Notes: generated from the letters alone by a model not told the origin. Shown: positions 15,315 through 24,399, numbered from the stretch's first letter. The stretch is 32,000 nt of DNA from Dickeya dadantii NCPPB 898 (GCF_000406145.1 NZ_CM001976.1:837260-869259), one strand, 5' to 3'. Made by a program: numbers and translations.

Positions 15315-17255
15315 ATGAGCCAGAAGCATGATGAGCGTTTTACCCCTCGTCCGGGCAGGCCGAAGCAGCATGGCGATGCCTTTGTACGTCAGGTGGCTCG
15401 CCAGATAAACAAGGCCGGTATCAGGACCGCTAAAAATGGGCGACGCCCCGGTGCCCGACTGGGGCGCGGCCAGGTTGCTGCGCGATTTGCCCATGATGCC
15501 TATTCACCAGACTGGCGGCGTGTGACGATAAAGACCCGGCTGGTAAATCTGACGAAAGCCGGTGCCCGTTCAATATCCACACACCTGCGTTATATCGAGC
15601 GTGACGGTGTCGGCCGACAGGGGGAACCGGGTCAGGCTTATGGCCCACTGACCGATCACGCCGATTGGGATGCGTTCGAGCTACGCGGACGTGAAGATCG
15701 GCATCAGTTTCGCGTTATCGTTTCGCCTGAAGACGCGGAGTCTCTCGACGATTTGCGAACCTATACCCGTCAACTGATGGTGCGTATGGAAGCCGATCTG
15801 GGCACCCGGCTGGACTGGGTGGCGGTGGATCACTGGAATACCGATAATCCGCACACCCATATTGTATTGCGGGGCAAAGACGAGACCGGCAGAGATCTGA
15901 TTATTTCGCGGGATTATATTGCCGAGGGGATGCGGTTGCGGGCCGCGGCATTGGCTACGGAATGGTTGGGGCCGCGCACCGAGCTGGAAATGCAGCAAAC
16001 CCGCCAGCATGAAGTGGAGCAGGCGCGGTGGACGGGGCTGGATCGTACGCTTCAGCGTCTTGCCGACAACGGCCGGGTGCATACTGCGAAGCTTTCAGCG
16101 TCATCCTTGCGACACCAGCGGCAGCTGCTGATTGGCCGACTACAATATTTAGCGCGGATGGGGCTGGCATGTGAGCAGACGCCCGGTGTCTGGGACGTAC
16201 AGGCAGACGCGGAAAAGACGCTGAGAGCGATGGGTGAGCGTGGCGATATCATCCGGGCTATGCAACGCGCCATGCACGGTCAACCCCGTGAGCTGGCGGT
16301 GTTCCAGCCCGGTGAAGACCCTCATCCACTCATCGGCCGGGTGGCCGGTAAAGGGTTGGCTGATGAACTGTATGACAGAGGATATCTGGTGATTGACGGT
16401 GTGGACGGCAAGGCTCACTACGTGGTGTTGCCGCCCGGCGCCGATCTAGCGCAGTTTCCTAGTGGTTCGGTGGTGGCGGTGAACGGGGCCGCTATCCGCC
16501 AGACTGACCGGAATATTGCAAGTCTGGCGTCCGCGGGTATCTATCGCACCGAACATCATCTGAGGGTAGCACAGCACCGGGATGACGGTTTCGATCCACA
16601 TGACGAGGTGGCTTTCCATGTGCGCCGGCTGGAGGCGTTACGCCGGGCAGAGATTGTCGAGCGTGTGACACAAGGTGTCTGGCGAATTCCTGACGATTTG
16701 CCTGAGCGTGGCCGTCAGTACGATTTACAGCGTCTGGCTGGTGGGGCTGCTGTCTCGCTGCAATCACCCTTGCCGGTTGAACGCCAGATCCGGGCAATCG
16801 GGGCGACCTGGCTCGATCAGCAGTTGCTCAGTGGAAACCTATCGCCGGATGTACGTGGCTTTGGGTGCGAGGTGCGGGCAGCGCTCCGCCAGCGTGTTGA
16901 CTTTCTTATCTCGCAAGGGCTGGCGGTACAGGAAGGGCAACGAGTGCGCCTGGTGCGTAACCTGCTGGCGACACTGCGCCAGCGTGAGCTGGAGAAAACT
17001 GCGCAGGATATTGCCCGGGAAACCGGACTGGTATATCGCCCCGCGACTGACGAGCAATGTATAAGCGGTATCTACCGACGCAGTTTGTTACTTGCCAGCG
17101 GGCGCTACGCGATGCTGGATGACGGGCTGGGCTTCAGCCTGGTGCCGTGGAAACCAGTCATCGAACCACGGCTAGGTCAGTCAATGACGGCGACCATCCG
17201 TGGTAACCGTGTGGCCTGGGAATTCAGCCGGCAGCGGGGACCGGCTATTGGCTGA
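15315..17255 (+). CDS. Relaxase/mobilization nuclease (DUF3363, RlxS/VirD2-like)
   Basis: Contains RLVNLTKAGARSISTHLRYIERDGV, DRHQFRVIVSPEDA and DWVAVDHWNTDNPHTHIVLRGKDE (histidine triad region). ATG 15315 has GGAGG 5 nt upstream. Confidence 0.85.
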   Translation: MSQKHDERFTPRPGRPKQHGDAFVRQVARQINKAGIRTAKNGRRPGARLGRGQVAARFAHDAYSPDWRRVTIKTRLVNLTKAGARSISTHLRYIERDGVGRQGEPGQAYGPLTDHADWDAFELRGREDRHQFRVIVSPEDAESLDDLRTYTRQLMVRMEADLGTRLDWVAVDHWNTDNPHTHIVLRGKDETGRDLIISRDYIAEGMRLRAAALATEWLGPRTELEMQQTRQHEVEQARWTGLDRTLQRLADNGRVHTAKLSASSLRHQRQLLIGRLQYLARMGLACEQTPGVWDVQADAEKTLRAMGERGDIIRAMQRAMHGQPRELAVFQPGEDPHPLIGRVAGKGLADELYDRGYLVIDGVDGKAHYVVLPPGADLAQFPSGSVVAVNGAAIRQTDRNIASLASAGIYRTEHHLRVAQHRDDGFDPHDEVAFHVRRLEALRRAEIVERVTQGVWRIPDDLPERGRQYDLQRLAGGAAVSLQSPLPVERQIRAIGATWLDQQLLSGNLSPDVRGFGCEVRAALRQRVDFLISQGLAVQEGQRVRLVRNLLATLRQRELEKTAQDIARETGLVYRPATDEQCISGIYRRSLLLASGRYAMLDDGLGFSLVPWKPVIEPRLGQSMTATIRGNRVAWEFSRQRGPAIG

Positions 17256-17290
17256 GGTGTTGTGTCCTGGAGGCGGACAGGTTTAATGGC

Positions 17291-17620
17291 TTACTGCGGC
17301 GTAATCAACAGCGTCGAGTTGGGGTTGTTTTTCTTGTACCGGTGGTACTGCAAAATCAGTGTTGCCAAATCGTCATCCACGGCATAGAAATAAGCTTCAG
17401 GTACATCCAACACTGCTGCGAACCGGCAAACCAGTTTGAAGTCGGGCGCATGGGTTTCCTTCTCATACTGACTGACTCGCGCACCTGCCGACTCTTCATC
17501 AATCCCGGCCTGTCTTCCTAGCTCTGCCTGGGTTAACCCCACATTGACCCTTGCCAGCCTCAAGCGTTTACCAATCACCGTGTTACCTTGTCTGTTTATC
17601 AAACGATGATTGATTATCAC
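17291..17620 (-). CDS. XRE-family HTH repressor, paralog A
   Basis: Contains IGKRLRLARVNVGLTQAELGRQAGI...VSQYEKETHAPDF. It aligns along its length with the ORF at 22022-22360. GTG start. Confidence 0.75.
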   Translation of the reverse strand: MIINHRLINRQGNTVIGKRLRLARVNVGLTQAELGRQAGIDEESAGARVSQYEKETHAPDFKLVCRFAAVLDVPEAYFYAVDDDLATLILQYHRYKKNNPNSTLLITPQ

Positions 17621-17654
17621 GGTATCGTGGCTACGCTTCTTGAAAAAATCCTTT

Positions 17655-17680
17655 AAAAATAAAAGTAATACTTTATTTTT
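17655..17680. promoter_or_regulatory. Operator-like AT palindrome (copy A)
   Basis: AAAAATAAAAGTAATACTTTATTTTT with the perfect core AAAGTA-A-TACTTT. It is near-identical to the palindrome at 22402-22426. Confidence 0.5.
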
Positions 17681-17941
17681 GTACTTTTTTTGGTCTTAAA
17701 TAAAGTAATTCTTAGTGATAAAAAGGATTACTAATGATGACCGCGTTTATGTGGAGAGTGTCGGTTTGGCTGAGACCTAGCCGATTTTTGAGCGGAATTA
17801 TGAAATTGCTGTGCGACGCGCCCTTGCTGGTGAAGAGCATAATGCAGAGATTCATAAAGCCCTCCCTAGGCAACCAGCACCACGGCCAGTAGACTCAGAA
17901 GTAGCCAAGCAGCACATAGAGCGATTGAAAAGGATGCTGAA

Positions 17942-17960
17942 GGGCGGTAAATGACCGCCC
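17942..17960. terminator. Hairpin between convergent reading frames (bidirectional terminator candidate)
   Basis: GGGCGG (17942-17947) pairs with CCGCCC (17955-17960), flanked by A/T runs. It lies 9 nt from the methyltransferase stop. Confidence 0.5.
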
Positions 17961-17968
17961 TTTATTAG

Positions 17969-19270
17969 CTAGGCGATGTGATTTCTCTGTCTTGTTTTTT
18001 CTTGTATTTCAATGATTTGAAAGCTAAAATTACTATATTTTTCACTGACCAATTGGAGTCTTTTCTCTGTAATGTCTGAGATTTTATTAAAACCCATTTT
18101 TCTAGCTAGATGTTTGACTGGAATTTCACAATCAGATTCCATCAGAATGCATTTTCTTTTCCCTCTGTCAGTTTCATTCAGTTCCGCAACTGCGTGAGCG
18201 GTCGTTCCTGAACCAGCAAAAAAGTCGAGGATAAGTGCATTATCAGATGAGCAAACATCAATTATTTTTTTTATGTAAGAAAGTGGCTTAGGCGTATCAA
18301 ACACCTTCCCGCCGAATAGCTTATTAATTTCATTTGTAGCTCTCTCTGTGTAGAAGTCGGTCTCACTCCAAAGAGAGCGAACTTTCGTTCTTTTTTCCTT
18401 TGCAGCATCGCCAGAGTAGTTTTTGACGTAAATAACCCCATTTTTACTAGCGTAAAGCTGCCAAGCTCTTTCTCTCGCTGTGTCGGCTCCCCAAAGCCAG
18501 CGTCTGTCTATACCTTTTGAATCTACTGGATAGGTGATCTTCCAATTATCAATAGGATCAACGGAAACCTCCCCACTTTCAGGATTATAATAGAGTGGGT
18601 AGAACATATTTGGTCTATCTGATTTTAGGCTAGCTTCACCCTTCTTGCGGAAAAGTCCATCGATGCGATATCCACCAAATTTATCTTGCTTATCGTAGCT
18701 TGTTTCATCAGCCTGACCGCGAAGAAAAGCTTTATCCGATTTCCCATAAATCATCAAATACTCATGGTTAGATGCAAGATTCTTTTTGCTCCCTTTACCA
18801 TTTTTCGATCTGCATACGATTACATTACCAATGAAGTTTTCCTCTCCAAAGATGCAATCCATAAGTATCTTAAGGTAGGCGCATTCATAGTCATCAATAC
18901 TAATAGCTATAACGCCTGAATCCTTTAGTATCTCTCTAGCTGCAACTAGACGAGACAGCATAAACGTCATCCAACTCGAGTGAGTACCAAAATGCCCACT
19001 AGAATCAGACTTTCTAGAATCATTGTATAGAAATTTCGAGCCTGTATTGTACGGGGGATCAATGTAACAAAAGTCCACAATCCCAGGGCTGCGTAACGCA
19101 ATTTCTTTAAGGTATGGTAAGTTGTCGCCAACAAAGAGGGTTGTGTCAGCTTCGCGCCGTTCTTGTACAGCATCACAGACTTCCCTCTCACTAAGAGGCA
19201 GATAATGTTGGGGCTCAAACCCAAGCTCTCTCTCTAACTTGCTGATTTTTATATCCATTATTGATAACAT
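17969..19270 (-). CDS. Beta-class N6-adenine/N4-cytosine DNA methyltransferase
   Basis: A 433-aa ORF. Motif IV (IDPPYNTG) is N-terminal and motif I (LDFFAGSGTTAHA) is C-terminal, the beta-class order. GAGGG lies upstream of the ATG. Confidence 0.85.
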   Translation of the reverse strand: MLSIMDIKISKLERELGFEPQHYLPLSEREVCDAVQERREADTTLFVGDNLPYLKEIALRSPGIVDFCYIDPPYNTGSKFLYNDSRKSDSSGHFGTHSSWMTFMLSRLVAAREILKDSGVIAISIDDYECAYLKILMDCIFGEENFIGNVIVCRSKNGKGSKKNLASNHEYLMIYGKSDKAFLRGQADETSYDKQDKFGGYRIDGLFRKKGEASLKSDRPNMFYPLYYNPESGEVSVDPIDNWKITYPVDSKGIDRRWLWGADTARERAWQLYASKNGVIYVKNYSGDAAKEKRTKVRSLWSETDFYTERATNEINKLFGGKVFDTPKPLSYIKKIIDVCSSDNALILDFFAGSGTTAHAVAELNETDRGKRKCILMESDCEIPVKHLARKMGFNKISDITEKRLQLVSEKYSNFSFQIIEIQEKTRQRNHIA

Positions 19271-19336
19271 ATCAAACCCTCTCTATTCGAGGTATTATAA
19301 CAAGATTTGATTCTAATTTTAACAGAAGGATAAGGG

Positions 19337-20959
19337 ATGCGGCTTCGTACTAAAAATCTTGAAACTTCGGAGCAGCTAGCGGAGTTTGATCAATGGCTTA
19401 CTGCGAAGCTCGAGAGAATCAAAGATAGTGAAAAATTCAACACTGAAATAAACTCACTCTGTGAGTGTATTCATTCTATATCATGTTACCTTGATAACTT
19501 TTCTAGCTATCAATCGTGTAATATTGAAAGTTTGTGTGAGGCAGTAATAAGTGCCAGCGACGAACTAATAATTGGCGATTCATTTGTTGATGATGAGCAA
19601 AATGTTGCTAATTTTTATGAGGCATTTTTTAATCTGCTATTTTTGACGTCTGGTGCTACAGATAACAACCTTAAGAATCACTTTCTTATAAAGCTAAAGG
19701 AAGATGACATAAAACCTCTTATACCAAAAAGAGGCTCATCACAAAAAAACATAAGATTCCGCTTGAATGTAATTCCACCAATGACAAAATCTGATTTTAT
19801 TGCAAAATCATTAGCTTCATGTTTTGTGGGGTCTCATAGGTGTTATGTTTCCTATGTTAAAACAGAACCTGTTTTTGATCTAAGGCTATACCTAAAAGTA
19901 TTGCTGAAGGAATATACAAGTTTAATTTTGGAAGATAACGAAGAAACGATGCAGTTTTGGGCTGTTTGTCGTTCATTCATGGATTTAGATAGACTTTCAA
20001 ATGACTTGCCACTTGGTAAATATTTACTCAATTCCTGTACGATCTTCAAGGTAAGAGGGAGCGTATCAGCTTCTGGTGGTCACATAACAGAAGATATCCT
20101 TCGGGAAAAACTAGCTGGAATGGGTCTTCGGCCTCACTCTGACTTCAATGTAAATGATGTGACTATAGGTGAGGAGGAAATTGTTGAAGATGGAAAAAGG
20201 AAAAAAAAGACACGGGCATATGATTTTATTCTTCCCTATAAAATAGATGGCTGGGAACCTAAGCCTAAACTATTTATTCAATCACAGTTTTATGCGGGTG
20301 ATTCTGGAAGCGTTTCTCATAAAGTTGTAGACCAAACACAAAGCTCTAGAAAATTTACTTTGGAGAAATATCCATCCGCAAGATTTGTGGAGTATCTTGA
20401 TGGTGCAGGTTACTACGCATCATTACGTGGCGACCTTGCTCATATGTTGTCATTTGAAGATACAGCCTCTTTTTTTCAAGTGAAAAGCATTTTAGTGAGG
20501 CTGCGACGGGAGTTACAAAATATTGCGTTTCTAACTCCTATTGAGTTTGAGCACGCAATTATAATGAGCGACGATGCTTCAAAGGAGTCTGTTTTTCGTG
20601 CACTAAAAGAAGATGGTTATCCGGTCGAAGAAATAAATCGAATTGCGTCTGTATGTAATGACCTTGGTTATGTTTTAGAGAATGGAGATAGGTTAGAAAT
20701 AGCTCCTAGTCGAATAGATATAGCCAGAAGACTATTGATTTTGGATGTCACTGCTAATAATTCATACAAAATAAATGATGTTCAGAGAGCGAGCTTAAAA
20801 TACCTGCTTGTACCTGGTTATGGTGCAAATCAAGCTATACTTGAGTCAGAATTGTCTCATCTTGTTTGTTCTATATGCAAGCAGTGTTTAATTACTGCAC
20901 CAGTATTCGCTGATGACATTGAATGGCTGTTAGATGAGGGAGTTTTTAAGCGGCGATAA
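19337..20959 (+). CDS. Hypothetical 540-aa protein divergent from the methyltransferase; candidate restriction endonuclease
   Basis: Shares a 66-bp divergent intergenic region with the MTase and has the same AT-rich composition. A possible degenerate PD-(D/E)xK-like stretch is RAYDFILPY...KLFIQSQFYAGDSGSVSHK. No helicase or NTPase motifs were seen. Confidence 0.7.
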   Translation: MRLRTKNLETSEQLAEFDQWLTAKLERIKDSEKFNTEINSLCECIHSISCYLDNFSSYQSCNIESLCEAVISASDELIIGDSFVDDEQNVANFYEAFFNLLFLTSGATDNNLKNHFLIKLKEDDIKPLIPKRGSSQKNIRFRLNVIPPMTKSDFIAKSLASCFVGSHRCYVSYVKTEPVFDLRLYLKVLLKEYTSLILEDNEETMQFWAVCRSFMDLDRLSNDLPLGKYLLNSCTIFKVRGSVSASGGHITEDILREKLAGMGLRPHSDFNVNDVTIGEEEIVEDGKRKKKTRAYDFILPYKIDGWEPKPKLFIQSQFYAGDSGSVSHKVVDQTQSSRKFTLEKYPSARFVEYLDGAGYYASLRGDLAHMLSFEDTASFFQVKSILVRLRRELQNIAFLTPIEFEHAIIMSDDASKESVFRALKEDGYPVEEINRIASVCNDLGYVLENGDRLEIAPSRIDIARRLLILDVTANNSYKINDVQRASLKYLLVPGYGANQAILESELSHLVCSICKQCLITAPVFADDIEWLLDEGVFKRR

Positions 20960-21164
20960 ATATTATTAGGGAGTTGTTTGAGGCTAAGTTGTATTAGTGT
21001 GATTACCAAAGGATACTGACGGAATAATTACCGGACGATTTTGTCGTTATCACACTATCAACGCCCTTCGATTCAGGCAAAGTCTTTTGCGGTGTTAGAT
21101 AGCGATTCCACTTTGACTAACCTAAGGGCGAGAGTGTGAACTAATTGTTAAGTTGAAGTCAGTG

Positions 21165-21625
21165 CAGCCAGTCGCACATCCAGAATTTTTTCCAGATATG
21201 AACTGCTCATGCCCGCAAATTGCTGCTTCTTCCGTAAGCTTGCTTTTCAGCTAGTTTCCGCTCGCAATATGTTCTGCGCGGTGTCCCGTAACTATTTTTT
21301 GTACAGTTCAGCATTGCTATAACTGTGCAAAAAAACGCTTTTAAGCGATAAAGAATGACCAAAAGAGACGGATATTTAACCAAAAATAAAATCTCGGAAA
21401 TGATTCTTGCAGCACTTTTTAGCGTATAGGGAGGTTAAGGGACAGACCCTAATATCGGAGGGGCACCTCGATATATCTGGCAGGCATCATCATTCATCAC
21501 AACATACAGAATCCAGTGCAGGCTATTTTCAATCGCCCAATGCCCCCAGATTGCTCTGGCGTTAGCTCTGTCGAACTGATGTAGTAGCGATACTCCATCG
21601 GAATTTTTTCCATTTTTTCAAAACT
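21165..21625 (-). pseudogene. ISAs1-family (H-repeat-type) transposase C-terminal remnants, frameshifted
   Basis: Minus-strand translations give [11 protein letters not shown]. After a frame break they give [32 protein letters not shown]. Further downstream there is NILRAETS*KASLRKKQQFAGMSSSYLEKIL. These match the HWxIENxLHWxLDV...DD pattern. Confidence 0.55.
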
Positions 21626-21639
21626 GTTTCCCCCGCCCG

Positions 21640-21945
21640 GCGACATCATGCATCGACTATCTCATCCAACCCGCCGCGCAGGCGTTCTTCCGCTCGGTTA
21701 GGTATCAGTACTGGGGTGTCCCTTAGAGGATGCGCGTGAATGGGTAGAGCGTTTTATCGGGTGGTCAACGGCACCGAGGTGAAGATCGTGCGCTGCTGAA
21801 AAATCGGGAAGAGGTGTATCAAAAAACAAAAGCGCAACACTCAGAACGCTGGTCAGGCAGGACAAGGAAATGGTAGCCGACAGACGAGGTCATGCTGAAT
21901 CCAGAACGGAAAAAAACAGACAGTCTAAATCAACTGGGGCGCTAA
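21640..21945 (+). pseudogene. IS3-family transposase (OrfB) C-terminal remnant, frameshifted/deleted
   Basis: Translated pieces are AQAFFRSVRYQYWGV, SLEDAREWVERFIGW and GEDRALLKNREEVYQKTKAQHSERWSGRTRKW...EVMLNPER. They lie in different frames with stop codons. Confidence 0.5.
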
Positions 21946-22021
21946 CTATCTTGACACTTACCGATACCGAGCAACAGTATTTTAGGTAATGCTCAGGGGG
22001 CGGAATTAGTAAAGAGGCTGC

Positions 22022-22360
22022 TTACTGCCCATGTTCCAGCCAGAAAGCTGCACCAAACACCGCATCAGGATGTACTTTTTTATGATAATGATATTGCAGG
22101 ATAATTAGTGCCAACTCTTCATCTCTTGCATAGAAGTAAGCTTCGGGGACATCGAGAACCGCAGCAAACTGACAGACCAGACCAAAGTCTGGCTCATTGA
22201 CTTCCCTTTCATACTGGCTGATACGCGAACTGGCGGTTTCTTCATCCAGACCGGCCCGACATCCAAGCTCAAGCTGCGTTAAGCCTGCGTTGACTCTGGC
22301 CAGTTTCAGTCGTTTCCCGATCACGGCGATATCCCAATCATCTAAATGGCATGATGGCAT
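22022..22360 (-). CDS. XRE-family HTH repressor, paralog B
   Basis: Contains IGKRLKLARVNAGLTQLELGCRAGL...ISQYEREVNEPDF...AAVLDVPEAYFYA. It is divergent from a Ner-like gene across an operator region. Confidence 0.8.
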   Translation of the reverse strand: MPSCHLDDWDIAVIGKRLKLARVNAGLTQLELGCRAGLDEETASSRISQYEREVNEPDFGLVCQFAAVLDVPEAYFYARDEELALIILQYHYHKKVHPDAVFGAAFWLEHGQ

Positions 22361-22401
22361 TATCTCTGCCGCTAACGGTTCTTTCTTAAAGATTATTTTT
22401 C

Positions 22402-22426
22402 AAAAATAAAGTTAAACTTTATTTTT
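22402..22426. promoter_or_regulatory. Perfect 25-bp palindromic operator candidate (copy B)
   Basis: AAAAATAAAGTT-A-AACTTTATTTTT, with 12+1+12 perfect symmetry, between the divergent XRE and Ner-like genes. Confidence 0.55.
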
Positions 22427-22499
22427 GGTTGATATCTAATCTTAAAATAAACTATCCTTTATTATGGAAAGTAACTCTTTATCTTGAGAGGTGCAGTGA

Positions 22500-22805
22500 A
22501 TGAGCTCTATTCAAAGGCATGGCTTGGCTGACTGGCATTCTGCCGACATTATTGCCGGGCTTCACAAACGGGGAACCACAATGGCTGCTGTGTCGCGGGC
22601 GGCGGGGCTGAATTCCTCCACACTGGGTAATGCGCTTAATCGTCCGTGGCCTAAAGGGGAGCAACTGATTGCTGATGCACTGGGGGTGCCACCCTATGAG
22701 ATTTGGCCGAGCCGTTATTTTGACGAACAGGGGCGGCTAATCCCACGCGTTCCCCGCTCTCGGCTCCGGTCTGAACAGGAAGAAACCCCCGCGCCCGATA
22801 GTTAG
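22500..22805 (+). CDS. Ner/Nlp (SfsB)-like DNA-binding regulator
   Basis: DWHSADIIAGLHKRGTTMAAVSRAAGLNSSTLGNALNRPWPKGEQLIADALGVPPYEIWPSRY closely parallels E. coli Nlp and phage Mu Ner as I recall them. Confidence 0.85.
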   Translation: MSSIQRHGLADWHSADIIAGLHKRGTTMAAVSRAAGLNSSTLGNALNRPWPKGEQLIADALGVPPYEIWPSRYFDEQGRLIPRVPRSRLRSEQEETPAPDS

Positions 22806-22981
22806 CCGTATCTGTGTCCATCGGGGTAAGCAGGGGCTGCTATAAGAATGCCCTGATAATGCCTGAATCGTCTTATCAGTGTGAGTTCTGTTCAACTTTG
22901 TGCTAACGCGCTTTCCTACACTCAGTATTCCGTGGCCCGATGCCGGGCCACCTGTTCGATGATGAGATGTAGGTATCGGGT

Positions 22982-23884
22982 ATGGAGCTTCGCCATCTTC
23001 GTTACTTTCGGGCGGTTGCAGAAGAACTGCACTTTGCCCGGGCGGCGGAACGGCTGCATATTGAGCAGTCACCGTTGTCCCGTGCCATCAAGGAACTGGA
23101 AGACGAGCTGGGGGTGAAACTGTTTGTGCGCACCACCCGCAGTACCCGGCTGACTCGCACCGGTAAGTTGTTTTTGGACCATGTCGCCCGGGTGTTCGCG
23201 GTGTTGCAACAGGCACGCGACAGCGTGCAGTCCGTAGCCAACGGTTACCATGACCAGTTGCGCATTGCGCTGTCAGACGGCATTACCCCTGTGCGCTTGT
23301 CAACCTTACTGGCGCTGTGCCGCCAGGAAGAACCCGAGGTGGATATTCGTCTGTTTGAAATGCCGCTCTTTCAGCAAATTCAGGGATTGCAGGATGAACT
23401 GTACGATGTGGGTTTTGCCTTGTCTGATGCAGTGGGCGAGCATATCACTGCTGAACCGGTCTGGGCCGAACCATTAATGGTGGCCGTTCCTGCCCGACAT
23501 CCTTTACTGGCCTACAGCCAGATCCCGTTGGACGAAGTGCTGCGTTACCCGTTGGTGTTGTGTGACCCGAGAGTGTGTGAAGGGCATGCTCGTCAGGTGG
23601 CGCGGGTTTTGCGTTGTTCTGCGCAGGAGCCGTTGATTGTCGAACAGGTTATCTCATTCGACCTGATGATGACCCTGGTTTCCGCCGGGTTTGCACTGGG
23701 GTTGGCTGATGTTTCTCATATTGCGGCTAGCCGGGCTTTTGGAGTGGTGGCTCGCCCACTGGCCGGGAAAACCCCCATGATGACCACCTATCTGTTGCGC
23801 CATGCCGGAGATCCGCCAGAAACGGTGGCCCGCTTTATCGAGCGGCTTGACGCGCTGGCGTGGGCGGACGATAACATCGCCTGA
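22982..23884 (+). CDS. LysR-family transcriptional regulator
   Basis: The N-terminus MELRHLRYFRAVAEELHFARAAERLHIEQSPLSRAIKELEDELGVKLF is a canonical LysR HTH. Length is 300 aa. Confidence 0.9.
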   Translation: MELRHLRYFRAVAEELHFARAAERLHIEQSPLSRAIKELEDELGVKLFVRTTRSTRLTRTGKLFLDHVARVFAVLQQARDSVQSVANGYHDQLRIALSDGITPVRLSTLLALCRQEEPEVDIRLFEMPLFQQIQGLQDELYDVGFALSDAVGEHITAEPVWAEPLMVAVPARHPLLAYSQIPLDEVLRYPLVLCDPRVCEGHARQVARVLRCSAQEPLIVEQVISFDLMMTLVSAGFALGLADVSHIAASRAFGVVARPLAGKTPMMTTYLLRHAGDPPETVARFIERLDALAWADDNIA

Positions 23885-23921
23885 TGTTATCACCTGATTC
23901 GACGACTATCGGAGGATCCTC

Positions 23922-24182
23922 ATGCGTAATCTTATGTTTTCATTTCGTGTTTTCTTATGCATCGTGCTGTGGTGTATCGGCAGTGGCGCCGTACCGGCAA
24001 CGGAGACGGTAGAGTCATTACTGGCTAACCCGAAGCGATTAAAGGAACTGCGCCAGCAGTGCCATGACGACTGGGAGCGCGTGGGGAATGCGTTGTGCAA
24101 TCGAGTCGGGCATGCCACCACCAAACAGTTTCTGGGGACGGGAACCCCCTACACGCCACCAAAAACGCCGCCCAAATTCTGA
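23922..24182 (+). CDS. Small secreted protein, EexN/TrbK-like entry-exclusion candidate
   Basis: An 86-aa ORF with GGAGG 6 nt upstream. It has a signal-peptide-like N-terminus (FRVFLCIVLWCIGSGA) and two Cys in the mature part. It lies just upstream of traG. The C-terminus shares FLGTGTPYTP with TrbJ. Confidence 0.5.
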   Translation: MRNLMFSFRVFLCIVLWCIGSGAVPATETVESLLANPKRLKELRQQCHDDWERVGNALCNRVGHATTKQFLGTGTPYTPPKTPPKF

Positions 24183-24399
24183 GTCGTCGCCATCATCACA
24201 AAAATCACTCCCGGCACCCGCTACGCCCGGTTACGCCATGGCGGGTTGCACTGTGCTCACGTTCTCCCCTGTACGCATTGTGACTTTTTGCTCCCTGATT
24301 GAGTCGGGAACGGTCTTTGCACTGGGCTGAGCCCGCACCGATGCTCTCTCGCAGGCGGCATAACCGTTGTGCCGCCTTGAGGGCGAGAAGGGGGCGGCA

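Noticed and set aside
17969-20959. A type III or type I restriction-modification interpretation
   Set aside because: The partner protein lacks the helicase/ATPase motifs of Res or HsdR, and no specificity subunit gene is present. The MTase is too short for typical Mod proteins. Type II-like is the more economical reading.
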